Shown here in pieces: positions 50,316-60,663 of a DNA stretch of 64,000 bases (position 1 is the first letter of the stretch; each line of letters opens with the position of its first letter). Origin of the DNA: an uncultured delta proteobacterium. GTDB taxonomy: Bacteria > Desulfobacterota > Desulfomonilia > UBA1062. The DNA lies in contig CAWAUM010000012.1 of the NCBI GenBank assembly GCA_963785235.1, positions 160,001 through 224,000 on the forward strand. The letters run 5' to 3'. A model generated the notes under the pieces. The model searched no databases and was not told the origin of the DNA. It saw only the letters and a list, made by a program, of their open reading frames with translations. The position numbers and the translations under genes are program-made.

Positions 50316-51530
50316 TTATGTTGAAACCCGGTTTCTTCCCTGTTTCTTTGCGCGGTAGAGTGCCTTATCTGCATCCTTGAGCACGTCATTGGGAGTCTTG
50401 GTGCGCTCATTGGGCCATGCCGCACCGATACTTATGGTGACCGAAACCCTCTGGGGACCCAACTTGCGCCTTCGAGGCGTCTTGGGTTTGCGCTTCGGCC
50501 TCATACGTGACCGGATGGCGAATTCAGCATGGGCTACGTCTTTTCTGAGATCCTCGAGATGAACCAGCGCATCATCCGCATGCCTGCCCGGAAAGATCAC
50601 GGTGAATTCCTCGCCGCCATAACGGAAGGCCTTCCCTCCACCAGTGACCTGTGCAAGCCTTGATGCTACCATCCGCAGCACCTGATCGCCAACATCGTGG
50701 CCATGTTTGTCGTTGAATTTCTTGAAGTGATCGATATCGAGCATGGCCAGGCAATAATCCCCCCCCAGCTTCAGGAGGTCTTCTTTCAGCGCCCTGCGTG
50801 CCGGAAGGCCTGTCAGCTCATCCTTGAAGGCCATGGCATGGGACACCTCGATTACCGACACAAGCAGAATAAAGGAGCCTGTGGCAAAATAGAAACCCAT
50901 CTGGAGCCTGTTATCCGTGCAAGCAAGGGCCATGAATATGACGCTGACGGCCCAGAAGAAACCGCTCTCCTTTGCGCTACGCTCCCGTATGTACATGAAG
51001 GTGATTATCAAGAGCGACAACAGGCACGCCATTGCCGGTATCTGGGGCACCCTCAGCAGGTGGAGAAACTGCCAGGGGAAAATTGAATACCCCAACAGCT
51101 CAACATATCGCTCTGGATTCCGCCCGGCAATAATGCCCACGAAAAAGGGTTGGGCAAGGATAAACACAAGCCGGATTATGCCCCTTGGGGTGAAGATCCC
51201 CCGCTCGCTCACCAGGGACAGGAAAAGCAGGTTAAGCGGCAGAAGCAGGGCTGCTGAAATATAGGCTATGCGCCAATAGATGTCGTGGTTCGGCAGCGCT
51301 GTGCCGAAATGCATAAGGCACCAATGTGTCAGGGCAATGGCTATGGTACCGAATACCAGGGTTGACCGGTTGAATCTCCACCCGAAGACGACTGCAACCA
51401 GGTAGGTAACTTGCGGATATATCTGCAGGATAGTACCCAGGTTTGCCTGAACCCCCTGAAGGTGCACGAGAAGCAGGGATACAAGCAGCAGCATACCCCC
51501 GGGCAGGAAAAATAACAGAACTTCCTTCAT
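50316..51530 (-). CDS. Membrane-bound diguanylate cyclase (GGEEF)
   Basis: Multiple TM helices; DELTGL, DIDHFKKFND..GH..GD, RYGGEEF. Confidence 0.94.
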   Translation of the reverse strand: MKEVLLFFLPGGMLLLVSLLLVHLQGVQANLGTILQIYPQVTYLVAVVFGWRFNRSTLVFGTIAIALTHWCLMHFGTALPNHDIYWRIAYISAALLLPLNLLFLSLVSERGIFTPRGIIRLVFILAQPFFVGIIAGRNPERYVELLGYSIFPWQFLHLLRVPQIPAMACLLSLLIITFMYIRERSAKESGFFWAVSVIFMALACTDNRLQMGFYFATGSFILLVSVIEVSHAMAFKDELTGLPARRALKEDLLKLGGDYCLAMLDIDHFKKFNDKHGHDVGDQVLRMVASRLAQVTGGGKAFRYGGEEFTVIFPGRHADDALVHLEDLRKDVAHAEFAIRSRMRPKRKPKTPRRRKLGPQRVSVTISIGAAWPNERTKTPNDVLKDADKALYRAKKQGRNRVST

Positions 51531-51684
51531 GCTCCAACGCCTCTTCACAGGTGAATCTTTGTATTACAAAGGACCTCTATGACCACCTTAAGATATGTTA
51601 CGGCGTTCCCGGAAAAGAACTTGAATGCATGAGCGCCATACACGCCAATTGTCATTTTCAAAGAAAATCGCTACACTATGACCA

Positions 51685-52650
51685 ATGGATACCTTCTTCT
51701 ATGAAGCCTTTTCCGAAGAGGAAGAAGCCCTGCGCAGATACCTCCCGAACACTATCAGCGCCGGGTTCACCCATGAGACCATCCAGGAGTCCGGTCATAC
51801 CACCCCGCCTGCTGCCCTTATCAGCACACGGACCCAGTCCTTTATTCCACGTGAATGGGGCCGGCATATCAAGGGCATCCTGACCAGGAGCACAGGGTAC
51901 GACCATATCATCTCCTTTCTCACAGACCCAGGCAAACAGGTCCGGGCAGGCTATCTGCCCCTGTACTGCAGCCGGGCCGTGGCCGAGCAGGCCTTACTGC
52001 TCTGGCTCGGACTCATGAGAAAGATACGGTCTCAAATGGCCCACCTTCTCCATTTCAACCGCGACGAACTTACGGGCACAGAGTGTGCCGGCAAGACCCT
52101 GCTTGTGGTGGGGGTAGGCAACATTGGCTCAGAGGTGTGCCATATCGGGGAGGCCCTTGGCATGAACGTCTTCGGGGTAGATATCGTGAAGAGACATCCT
52201 TCCGTCAGCTATGTCTCTATTGATGAGGGTATCGTAAAGGCGGATGTGATCTGCTGCTCCATGAACCTGACAGACAAAAATCACGGCTACTTCACCTATG
52301 ACCTCCTGAAAAAAGCCAAACCGGGTGCTGTCTTCGTGAACATCGCCCGGGGAGAACTCTCTCCGGCATCCGTACTCCTGCGCCTGATCGCAGAAGGACT
52401 GCTTGGCGGTGTGGGGCTCGACGTCTATGAGAACGAAGGTGATCTTGCGGTAACCCTACGTTCGGGCATAACCCCTCATACTCCTGCAATGCGCTCTGTT
52501 CTCGATCTCGCAGGGCATGAGAATGTCATCCTGACCCCGCACAATGCCTTCAACACCACAGAATCAGTGGAACGCAAGGCACACATGAGCATAGAACAGC
52601 TCGGGCACTTTCTGAAGCACAAGGAGTTCATCTGGAAGGTTCAAGTCTGA
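51685..52650 (+). CDS. D-isomer 2-hydroxyacid dehydrogenase
   Basis: RSTGYDH, GVGNIG, NIARG, LDVYE and TPHNAF motifs. Confidence 0.93.
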   Translation: MDTFFYEAFSEEEEALRRYLPNTISAGFTHETIQESGHTTPPAALISTRTQSFIPREWGRHIKGILTRSTGYDHIISFLTDPGKQVRAGYLPLYCSRAVAEQALLLWLGLMRKIRSQMAHLLHFNRDELTGTECAGKTLLVVGVGNIGSEVCHIGEALGMNVFGVDIVKRHPSVSYVSIDEGIVKADVICCSMNLTDKNHGYFTYDLLKKAKPGAVFVNIARGELSPASVLLRLIAEGLLGGVGLDVYENEGDLAVTLRSGITPHTPAMRSVLDLAGHENVILTPHNAFNTTESVERKAHMSIEQLGHFLKHKEFIWKVQV

Positions 52651-52711
52651 GGATGACCGTACCCATGCAGGAAGTTGCAAAGCATACAATCAAGGGTTTT
52701 TATGCCTTACA

Positions 52712-53527
52712 ATGGATTCATGCATGATAGAGACACTGGAATATGAACAGGTAACCCAGATACGCATGAGCAGGGAGCTCGACGGCAAACCAGTCTACTG
52801 GGTGGCGGCCCACCTGGTGGATGGCCTGCTCATCGACACCGGCTGCAGCCATACATCCAATGAACTATCAGCATTTTTAGAAGGCAAGGATCTCAGGCAG
52901 GTCGTGAACACCCACTACCATGAGGACCACATGGGCGGGAACCATGACATCATGAGCAGGTATAGTGTGGATGTGTATGCGCATCCCGATTCCATCCCCC
53001 TGATCGCCAAAAGGTTCGAACTCTATCCCTATCAGGAGATCGCCTGGGGCTATCCTGAGCCCACAGCGGTAAAACCTGTTCCTTCAGTCCTGGAGACCGA
53101 TCATTACACATTTCAGATCATGGATACGCCCGGTCATTGCATCGGGCACGTCTGCCCCGTGGAACTATCAAAAGGATGGTGCTTTACAGGCGATCTCTTT
53201 GCCCGGGAGAATCCGAAGTTCATCCGGCCCGAAGAGAATATCGGGGAGATCATACGATCCATGCGCAAGGTCATCGAACTCCCCGCCGGGCGGCTGATCC
53301 TGTTTACCGCAGTGGGCAAGATCGTGGAAGACGGGAGAAAGGCACTGAGTCAGTGTATAAGTTACCTTACCGATCTTGCTGCAAAGGTTCAGAAACTCCA
53401 TGGTTCAGGCTCTACCATTGACGAAATCCTGGTCAATGAATTCGGAGCAGAGCATATGTTCAGCCAGCTCACGAACGGCCAGTTCTCCACACGCAACCTG
53501 GTCAGTTCGCTCCTGGAGACAGTGTAG
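52712..53527 (+). CDS. MBL-fold metallo-hydrolase
   Basis: IDTG, THYHEDHMGG, TPGH and FTGD motifs. Confidence 0.92.
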   Translation: MDSCMIETLEYEQVTQIRMSRELDGKPVYWVAAHLVDGLLIDTGCSHTSNELSAFLEGKDLRQVVNTHYHEDHMGGNHDIMSRYSVDVYAHPDSIPLIAKRFELYPYQEIAWGYPEPTAVKPVPSVLETDHYTFQIMDTPGHCIGHVCPVELSKGWCFTGDLFARENPKFIRPEENIGEIIRSMRKVIELPAGRLILFTAVGKIVEDGRKALSQCISYLTDLAAKVQKLHGSGSTIDEILVNEFGAEHMFSQLTNGQFSTRNLVSSLLETV

Positions 53528-53570
53528 CAAGGAAGCCAAGGATAGGATAAACCCGGATCAGGTGATGTTT

Positions 53571-54579
53571 CTACCTCATGTATCCTTTGGTAATATAATA
53601 ATTCACCTTGTCGTAGAGGAAGATGATACGGTTGTTTAGTTCCAGTGTGCTGTAGATCTCAAGGGGTGAGCTGAGGATCCTCTGGTTGATCACATGAACC
53701 CAGATGTTCTTTCTGCTCAGCGCAAGGGCGTTGAGGATTTCGGGCAGCGGGATATCGAGCTCCCTCATCTTTAAGCCGGCCTCCATGAACCGTTTGGCTT
53801 CAAAGGTCTTTTTTTCTTTTTCCAGACCTTCCTTGATGGCCTGGAGTACGACTTTATTTATGCCCCTAAGCATCTTCATGTGACGATCCAGCAATGGGAT
53901 GGAAGCTTTTACCTCATCTGCCCAGCTCTTCGTGATCTCCTCCCTGTCCTTGTCAATGACCTTGATGAGGATGTTCGATAATACCATTGCAGGAGAGGTC
54001 TCCTCTGAATGCTGCGTCCGGTCCATACCAAGATCCGGAAAGAGCAGATTGAAGGAGTCCATCATAGCCCAGTTATCCCGGTAAAGGTCCACAAAGATCC
54101 TCACCGCCTTCTCGTTGGAGGTCCAGGCAAGCGGAGGAAGATCATGGATGGGGAAAGTATTGTGCGTCAATGGCATCATCGCCGGGTTTCAGTTCACCGC
54201 CGGTTGCCCTTACCTCATAGGTTACAATGGCAAGACTTCCATAAAAATCATTATCAACGGTATCCACATCTATAAGCCTCACAATCTCACCAAGGACACC
54301 CGATTCCTCTTCAAGCTCCCTCAACGCTGCGTCCTTCACCTCTTCCCCGCTCTCGGCAAACCCGATGGGCAGGCACCACATATCCTTGTAAGGCTGCTTC
54401 TTGCGCTTAACCAGCAGCACCTGCCGTGCATCGTTCACCACAATTGCACATGCCACGGGCAAGGGATTTTCGTAAAAGACCGTGGTGCAGCATGCGCACA
54501 TGTCTCTATCCTTTCCCTCAATTGTCCGCCTAACCACAGGCTCTGCGCAATAGGGACAGTATAACCGCTCTTTCTTCAT
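53571..54579 (-). CDS. Zn-ribbon NUDIX hydrolase with C-terminal helical (RsbRD_N/globin-like) domain; +1 frameshift at ~54152
   Basis: YCPYC..C..C..YENP; Nudix box GFAESGE....AALRELEEE; removing one C (TTTCCCC) gives DAQYFPIHDLPPLAW and joins ORF 53571..54179. Confidence 0.82.
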
Positions 54580-55454
54580 TGCCTTCTCCTGTCATGCACA
54601 GGGAGTCTGCACCTAAATATTCCGTCGTCTTTGTTGAGGATTACATTACCATGGATGCGGGCAAACTCATATGAGGTCTTGGCAAAGGCATCCATGACAT
54701 CATCAATTTTAGAAGGGTGTCCCTCCAAGACCTCTTTGAAGAACAGCGGTTTCTTTATGGTAATGTATTCCATAAAATCAGTGAAATGGGCAAAAGGGAA
54801 GAGCAGGGAGTTCTTGTAGGCTATGCCAATTACCTCCTTGAAGAAAGGCGCGAGCCTTGCTGCCCCATCCTCAAGCGAAAAGGCATCGAACAGCTCATTT
54901 ATCTTCAGATCATCAGGCGGCTCTATCCCGGCTGACTTCATACTTTCAGACACGAGCTCCGTAACCTCATGCAGGGAATGCTTGCTGTGTGTCACTGCAA
55001 TGAAGAGCCCGGACGGACGAAGGATACGGGCGATCTCGCTGATGAGGTGAGGGAAGAAATACAGTGAGTAGCTTGTTACGACAAGATCAAAGTCAGAGCC
55101 GGCCATATCCCTGATGATATCAGCGCTGCCCTGGATAAAGGCACCTGTGTACCCCATATGGTTCACAGCATGTAAAAAACTGTCCCGGTTGTTCTTTTCA
55201 ATAACATCAATACCGGTAATATGAGCCTGGCTGTTCAATCTCCCGGCGAAACGCTCGGTGAAGAAACCATATCCACACCCCAGATCGAGCACCCTGTGCA
55301 TGTGGGAAAGATCAATCCCTTCGAGTGCAACATCACGAATGTCCTTCGTGTTCAGGGCATAGCCCTGGATGATGTCCTTGCACCTGCGGTGCCAGACAAC
55401 CTCTTCGTAGGTCTTCCTGATATCTTCGTAGGAGAAGAATTCTTGCACGTTCAC
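54576..55454 (-). CDS. Class I SAM-dependent methyltransferase
   Basis: VLDLGCGYG, FDLV and ILRPSG motifs. Confidence 0.92.
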   Translation of the reverse strand: MNVQEFFSYEDIRKTYEEVVWHRRCKDIIQGYALNTKDIRDVALEGIDLSHMHRVLDLGCGYGFFTERFAGRLNSQAHITGIDVIEKNNRDSFLHAVNHMGYTGAFIQGSADIIRDMAGSDFDLVVTSYSLYFFPHLISEIARILRPSGLFIAVTHSKHSLHEVTELVSESMKSAGIEPPDDLKINELFDAFSLEDGAARLAPFFKEVIGIAYKNSLLFPFAHFTDFMEYITIKKPLFFKEVLEGHPSKIDDVMDAFAKTSYEFARIHGNVILNKDDGIFRCRLPVHDRRRQ

Positions 55455-55562
55455 GCCCCTAGACTCTGCTCATTCAGGCAACGAAGTGAATCAAATCAAC
55501 ATTGAAGCCTTGCCAACTTTTCCCGGTATGGCTACTATATAGTCCTTAATAAGGAGGAATCC

Positions 55563-56561
55563 ATGGAACAGCAAGACGTGTACCGGGAATTATCAAAAAA
55601 ACTCATGCTGGAAAATTCCACCATACTCCCCAAGATCTGGCGCATAGTGTGCAGCGAAGATGAGGCGCAGCTCGTAAACCGCCTCCCAGCTACCCTTGAA
55701 CAGCTGGTGCAGGAATCAGGAAAGGCTGCCTCCGAGATGCAGGACATCCTCAATGAGCTCTTCCACCGGGGCGTGGTCTTCGATTCTGTCAAAGAAGGCA
55801 CCACCTTATACCGCATGCCCCGGCACATCATACAGTTCCATGACGCCACCATCCTCTGGCCTGAGGCTCCTGAAGATCTCTTCACGCTTTGGGAGGAGTT
55901 CGAAGATACGGATTACCCGGAGCTTCTGGAGCTAGTAACTGCCATCAAGCTGCCCTCGTTCATGCGGGTGATCCCTATAGGCGAGACCATCGAGGCCAGA
56001 AACCAGGTACTGGCCTTTGAAGATGCCCGGAAGATGCTCGAAAACGCCGACTCCATTGCTGTTACCACCTGCGTATGCAGGAAACTCATGAAGCGTTGCG
56101 ACGGCCCCTTGGAGGTGTGCCTCCAGCTCAACCGCGGCGCCGAGTACAACATCAAACGGGGGACAGGCAGAAAAGTGAGCATTGATGAGGCTATTGCCAT
56201 CCTCAAAATAGCAGAAGCTGCAGGCCTGGTTCACATGACTGAGAACACAACTGGAAAGTCCAATGTATTGTGCAACTGCTGCAACTGCTGCTGCGAGATG
56301 CTCAGGTTCGCAACAAACGAGAAGACAAAAGGCGTCCTTGCACCGAGCCGGTTCCAGGCAAAGGTTGATGCGAAGACGTGCACCTCATGTGGGATGTGCA
56401 TGGAGATCTGCCCGGTGGAGGCCATTACGCTGAACACCGATGATATCGCCGAGGTGATCAAGGATGCATGCATCGGCTGTGGGCTATGCGCCACGGCCTG
56501 TCCGGTGGAAGCCATCGGCCTGTTCGAGGTGAGGCCCAAGGAATTCATCCCGGGTAAGTAG
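55563..56561 (+). CDS. 4Fe-4S binding protein
   Basis: CVCR, CNCCNCCC and two CxxCxxCxxxCP motifs. Confidence 0.9.
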   Translation: MEQQDVYRELSKKLMLENSTILPKIWRIVCSEDEAQLVNRLPATLEQLVQESGKAASEMQDILNELFHRGVVFDSVKEGTTLYRMPRHIIQFHDATILWPEAPEDLFTLWEEFEDTDYPELLELVTAIKLPSFMRVIPIGETIEARNQVLAFEDARKMLENADSIAVTTCVCRKLMKRCDGPLEVCLQLNRGAEYNIKRGTGRKVSIDEAIAILKIAEAAGLVHMTENTTGKSNVLCNCCNCCCEMLRFATNEKTKGVLAPSRFQAKVDAKTCTSCGMCMEICPVEAITLNTDDIAEVIKDACIGCGLCATACPVEAIGLFEVRPKEFIPGK

Positions 56562-56591
56562 CGAGCTTAAAAGTGAAGGGGCCTGATCACC

Positions 56592-57122
56592 CTATCCCAT
56601 ATGCCTCTTCACAATGGCATCGAGTGTATCCTGGGCGTCGGCCAACGATCCGGTATTCAGGACATACTCATCGGCCAGGGCAATGGGTAAAGCCGTTCCA
56701 TAAGCTATCTCCCTCTTGTCCCGCTCATCAAAGGCGTCCGGCGAATCATCGGCCCTGCCCCTGGAAACAATGCGCTGCTTTCTTGTTCTACGCGGGGCCA
56801 GGAAGGCGGCAACCACACACTGCGCTTTTTCCCTGATGAGTTCAATCTCAGGCCAGGAACGCATACCCTCCAGAAACACGGCGGGCCCTTTCTCGGCAAG
56901 GGCAGTGGCCAGGGCGAGCCTGGTGACGCCCATGCCGTCCGCACCCCTGAGCTCATCAGAGACCTTGGCAGTATTCACTGAATCAGCCGGCAGACCCCTC
57001 TTCTTCACCTCTGAGCGCACCAGATCACCAGTGGCATAATAAGGGATATCCCTGGCCTGAGCATAATCCCTGGCAATGTTCTTACCCGATGCCGGCATAC
57101 CTACAATGACAAAAATCTTCAT
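56592..57122 (-). CDS. P-loop kinase, dephospho-CoA kinase-like (UPF0200-like)
   Basis: GMPASGK; GDLVR; EGMRS; RGRADD..F.ERD.RE..G....ALAD. Confidence 0.8.
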   Translation of the reverse strand: MKIFVIVGMPASGKNIARDYAQARDIPYYATGDLVRSEVKKRGLPADSVNTAKVSDELRGADGMGVTRLALATALAEKGPAVFLEGMRSWPEIELIREKAQCVVAAFLAPRRTRKQRIVSRGRADDSPDAFDERDKREIAYGTALPIALADEYVLNTGSLADAQDTLDAIVKRHMG

Positions 57123-57134
57123 GATAACCACATA

Positions 57135-58292
57135 TTATGGCCTGCTCAGCCATTCATTGATGTGTTTAAGCCTCTCGGGCCAGGTGCCGGCAATGCGCTC
57201 TTGCATGAAAGTGGAAAAGACGCTGTCAAAGAGCTGGAGCCCTGTTTCCAGAAGGCTCATGCGTTCATAGAAAACTGCTACGCGTTCCTGGTCGGGATCG
57301 GTTATCTCGTCACGTTCTATCTGCACCACCGGGCAGGAAAAGGAACCCAGGGCAAAGATGTCAGCCTTCAAGGAAACCTTCCAGGAGCGTGGTTCCTTTT
57401 CCAGGTAGATCAGGGTCTCCGTGATGTTCTTGCCGTCCCGCAAGGCCTCCCTGGTCTCGGAAAACTCGCGCTGGACGCCGGTAATGGAACTCTTCCTCTT
57501 TCCCTGCTCATGCTCCGCCACCAGCACGAATTTGTCATGGAGGTAGGCCATGAAGCCCTCGCCAATCTCAAGAGGGCCTTTCTGATTGACCTCGTACACC
57601 GAGGAGCTGCTGCTCGTGCGATACATGAGCCACAAGAGGAAATCCCATCCTACCCACTTGTTGCGCTTTATCTGAAGGAGCACATCCTTGGAAGGGGCCT
57701 GGTCAGCCTTTTCGAGAAGAGGATAGAGGCTTTCATCCAGCACCATTCGCGCCCTGCTCATGGGGTGAATCGGCTCAAGGGTCAATCCCACAAAAGTCCT
57801 TGAGAAGATATCTTCCACCATGTCCAGCACCCGCTCGCTGATGTTTGCTACAGCAAGGATACCCGTATCCGTATTCCAGATAACATCATAAGTAGCCGGC
57901 ACGGGCAGGGTCTTTGAGAGGAGTGATGCATGGAGATTCTCCCTGATCTCGGCCTTGCGCTTGAAGGGCATGCGCGATATGGCTGGCCGTTCCTCAAGCC
58001 ATCTTGAGCATTCCTTGTCCACAAGGTTCTTCAGCACCGCTGATGGGACTTTGCGCTGGTCTCTCCGCAAGGCAAACGCATAGTAGGGGTCACGCCTGAA
58101 TACATTCTCATTATCAAAATCAGCGCTTGTATGGTCATCGAGGTTCACCCAGCCGAGCGCCTCCTCATCGGCAGTCGTATCGATGGGCATGAAACGGTTC
58201 TTGCCCAGGCATTCCTGCACCCAGGCAACATCTTTAAGCTCACCGATGACCTTGTACTGGTATATGCTCACGGTGTTCGACATGATCCCCAT
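57135..58292 (-). CDS. rdgC: Recombination-associated protein RdgC-like
   Basis: GWV, FALRRDQRKVP, FSRTF and GWDFLLWL motifs of the deltaproteobacterial type. Confidence 0.75.
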   Translation of the reverse strand: MGIMSNTVSIYQYKVIGELKDVAWVQECLGKNRFMPIDTTADEEALGWVNLDDHTSADFDNENVFRRDPYYAFALRRDQRKVPSAVLKNLVDKECSRWLEERPAISRMPFKRKAEIRENLHASLLSKTLPVPATYDVIWNTDTGILAVANISERVLDMVEDIFSRTFVGLTLEPIHPMSRARMVLDESLYPLLEKADQAPSKDVLLQIKRNKWVGWDFLLWLMYRTSSSSSVYEVNQKGPLEIGEGFMAYLHDKFVLVAEHEQGKRKSSITGVQREFSETREALRDGKNITETLIYLEKEPRSWKVSLKADIFALGSFSCPVVQIERDEITDPDQERVAVFYERMSLLETGLQLFDSVFSTFMQERIAGTWPERLKHINEWLSRP

Positions 58293-58572
58293 AAGGTTAC
58301 TCCTTTCATTCAAAGGACACCCCTTATACGAAAGACCCATGAAAGGGCAAGCCTGGAAAACACCCTTGAGTGTACGCTACACAAACCTAGCTTGGAATTG
58401 CTTCATATCACCGATGCCTTTCCATGAATCCGCACGGATTAAATTTTTCACTCTTCTTACACCCAGAGTCCGGGTTAAAAAGGAGATCAATCGGAACGTT
58501 TCGCAATTACCGCGTTAGCCAAGTCAAGCAAGGCATTCGCCAGACAGGAATATGCGGATGCTTCGAAAAGCA

Positions 58573-58612
58573 GGATGCAGGTTCATTTCTTGCCCCATAT
58601 GAACCTGCATCC
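58573..58612 (-). terminator. Probable intrinsic terminator
   Basis: GGATGCAGGTTCAT-N12-ATGAACCTGCATCC, a perfect 14-bp stem ~15 nt after the stop at 58627, followed by TGCTTTT on the minus strand. Confidence 0.65.
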
Positions 58613-58626
58613 GTGGAGTGTGCGTA

Positions 58627-58887
58627 TCAGGCGTGGCGTTTTCTGATGTTTCCGATTTGTTTACTTGTCTTGTTAAATTCCATGTACAGCCTGGCGATGG
58701 TGAGGAATATTGCCAGGATGAACAGCCCGATCATGAAGAACGGTCCGGTGTTCAAGGCAACATCCACCCATCTTCCCACGAACAGGCACATGAACGATGC
58801 TATGACAAGGACGGCACCCCATGCACTGAACGTGATCAACTCATTGAGATTGTCGATTCTGTCGTGTTTCTGTTCAACGTTTTTCAT
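58627..58887 (-). CDS. AtpZ/AtpI-family small membrane protein
   Basis: Two TMs with G.WVD..L.T.PFFMI..F.L; GGAGG RBS. Confidence 0.8.
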   Translation of the reverse strand: MKNVEQKHDRIDNLNELITFSAWGAVLVIASFMCLFVGRWVDVALNTGPFFMIGLFILAIFLTIARLYMEFNKTSKQIGNIRKRHA

Positions 58888-58961
58888 GGATGTTCCCTCC
58901 TTTCTTTTTTCTCCCGGCTTCATATGCATGCCGGAAGATTCTTATCCTCTTTATAATCTTC

Positions 58962-59237
58962 TCAGCTTACCAGGCCCTTTACCGCCTCTATGACCGGAGC
59001 GGTGAACAGGGCTACGAGCACTGCATACAGTGCGAAAGATCCCACTGCTTCGGTTAAGTACATCCTCTCATAGCGATACTTCAAAGAGATGATGGTGAGC
59101 CCGCCCATTATAAGACAGCCGAGGTGGAAGTAGGGGAAGCTGTTGCCACCGGAAGTCGCTGCTGCTGCAAAGGCAAAGGTACCAGTGATCATCACCACGA
59201 ACATTGCTACGATTATTGTCTGGATTGTCTTTTTCAT
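58962..59237 (-). CDS. Hypothetical small membrane protein
   Basis: 91 aa; signal-like N-terminus plus 2 TMs; strong GAGGAGG RBS. Confidence 0.75.
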   Translation of the reverse strand: MKKTIQTIIVAMFVVMITGTFAFAAAATSGGNSFPYFHLGCLIMGGLTIISLKYRYERMYLTEAVGSFALYAVLVALFTAPVIEAVKGLVS

Positions 59238-59278
59238 TGTAAGTGACCTCCTCTTTTTTTCTTTCTGTATTCATATAA

Positions 59279-59294
59279 GGCAACCACCGTGCCA
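59279..59294 (-). promoter_or_regulatory. Sigma54 promoter
   Basis: TGGCAC-GGTGG-TTGCC on the minus strand, ~42 nt before the ATG at 59237, with an AT-rich upstream region. Confidence 0.8.
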
Positions 59295-59541
59295 ACTTTA
59301 AAAAAAACCGATTAATTACTTATCTATCAATTATTATTATGTTTATTGGATGCCTGGCTGACATATATCACTAAACATATCTTCAAGAGGGTTTGCTCAA
59401 TGAAAAAAATGTTCAGTAAGACTTAAAGAAACGTTTAATATGTTTGCCTTGGCAAGTAAGGTTTTTTTATCTATCCCTCTTTTCACTGAACCCGAAAGCA
59501 GATAAAAAGAAAGTATTACATGAAACCTTTGGAGTTGTGTC

Positions 59542-60042
59542 ATGTCATTGCAGACAAGGGTTCCTGATCTCACAATAAGAGAGGCCTTGCCGGAAGATGC
59601 CTGCCTCATCCTCTCATTCATCAAGGATCTGGCTGAATACGAAAAGCTCCTCCACGAGGTTCTCGCCACGGAAGAGACCATACAAAAATCATTATTCGGT
59701 GAGCACAAGGTTGCAGAGGTGATTCTTGGCGAAATTGACGGCGAGCCGGTCAGCTTCGCACTGTTCTTCCATAACTACTCCACCTTCCTCGGTCAACAGG
59801 GTATATACATAGAAGACCTGTTCGTGAAATCCCATATGCGGGGTCTCGGAATCGGAAAGACTATGTTTGCATACATTGCCCGCATGGCGAAAGAACGCGG
59901 CTGCGGAAGGCTCGACTGGTGGGTGCTCGATTGGAATGAGCCTGCCATCAAATTCTACAAATCTCTTGGAGCAGTGCCTATGTCCGAATGGACAGTCTAC
60001 CGTCTGAACGGTCAGGCACTTGATGACCTGGCTACCGGTTAA
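59542..60042 (+). CDS. GNAT acetyltransferase (diamine N-acetyltransferase-like)
   Basis: LAEYEK, YSTF, YIEDLFV...RG.GIG, VLDWNEPAI.FY..LGA. Confidence 0.93.
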   Translation: MSLQTRVPDLTIREALPEDACLILSFIKDLAEYEKLLHEVLATEETIQKSLFGEHKVAEVILGEIDGEPVSFALFFHNYSTFLGQQGIYIEDLFVKSHMRGLGIGKTMFAYIARMAKERGCGRLDWWVLDWNEPAIKFYKSLGAVPMSEWTVYRLNGQALDDLATG

Positions 60043-60084
60043 TGAAAAATACTGCATGATCATCACCTAAAAGAGGAGGACACC

Positions 60085-60603
60085 ATGGTCAGGATCTTTT
60101 CAAAGCAAGGCGTTTTATTCGGATTCCTGCTGGTTGCATTCATCATCGTCTTTGAAATCATCCTGGCCCGACTTAAGCTACCAGCCTGGCCTGCCTTCAT
60201 GGTAATGATCTTCTTCTTTGTGGTACATGAAGATGCCAAGTTAACGCCAAATATCCTCATCGGGGGGCTTGCCGGGATTATATGCGCTATACTGATAAAA
60301 AAATTCATTGCAGCCCTTGAACCCTTTATTGGTGCGGAAGCTGCCAAGCTGCTCTTTATTGGTCTGTTTGTGTATTCCATTGTACTGCTCAAGGATGCCA
60401 TCCCTTGGGTCTTCAACAGCTTTGCCTTCATGTTTTTCCTTGTAGCTGCATTAGCGTCACAAACACAAAATCCGAACCCATATATATGGATGGGAGTGGA
60501 ATTTATTGTAGGGGGAATCTTCATTGTAGGGATTCTCGGTATAAACAAACTGACGGCGATGTTATTAAAGGACGGGGGAGCAGGCCCTGCGGGGCATCAA
60601 TAA
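60085..60603 (+). CDS. Membrane protein (DUF1097-like)
   Basis: 172 aa, ~5-6 TMs, PAWPAF motif; GAGGAGG RBS. Confidence 0.65.
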   Translation: MVRIFSKQGVLFGFLLVAFIIVFEIILARLKLPAWPAFMVMIFFFVVHEDAKLTPNILIGGLAGIICAILIKKFIAALEPFIGAEAAKLLFIGLFVYSIVLLKDAIPWVFNSFAFMFFLVAALASQTQNPNPYIWMGVEFIVGGIFIVGILGINKLTAMLLKDGGAGPAGHQ

Positions 60604-60663
60604 TCGCAAAAGGGTCATTCATGAACCCTATCATAGATGGCCCCATGAGATTATTCTTTCATT

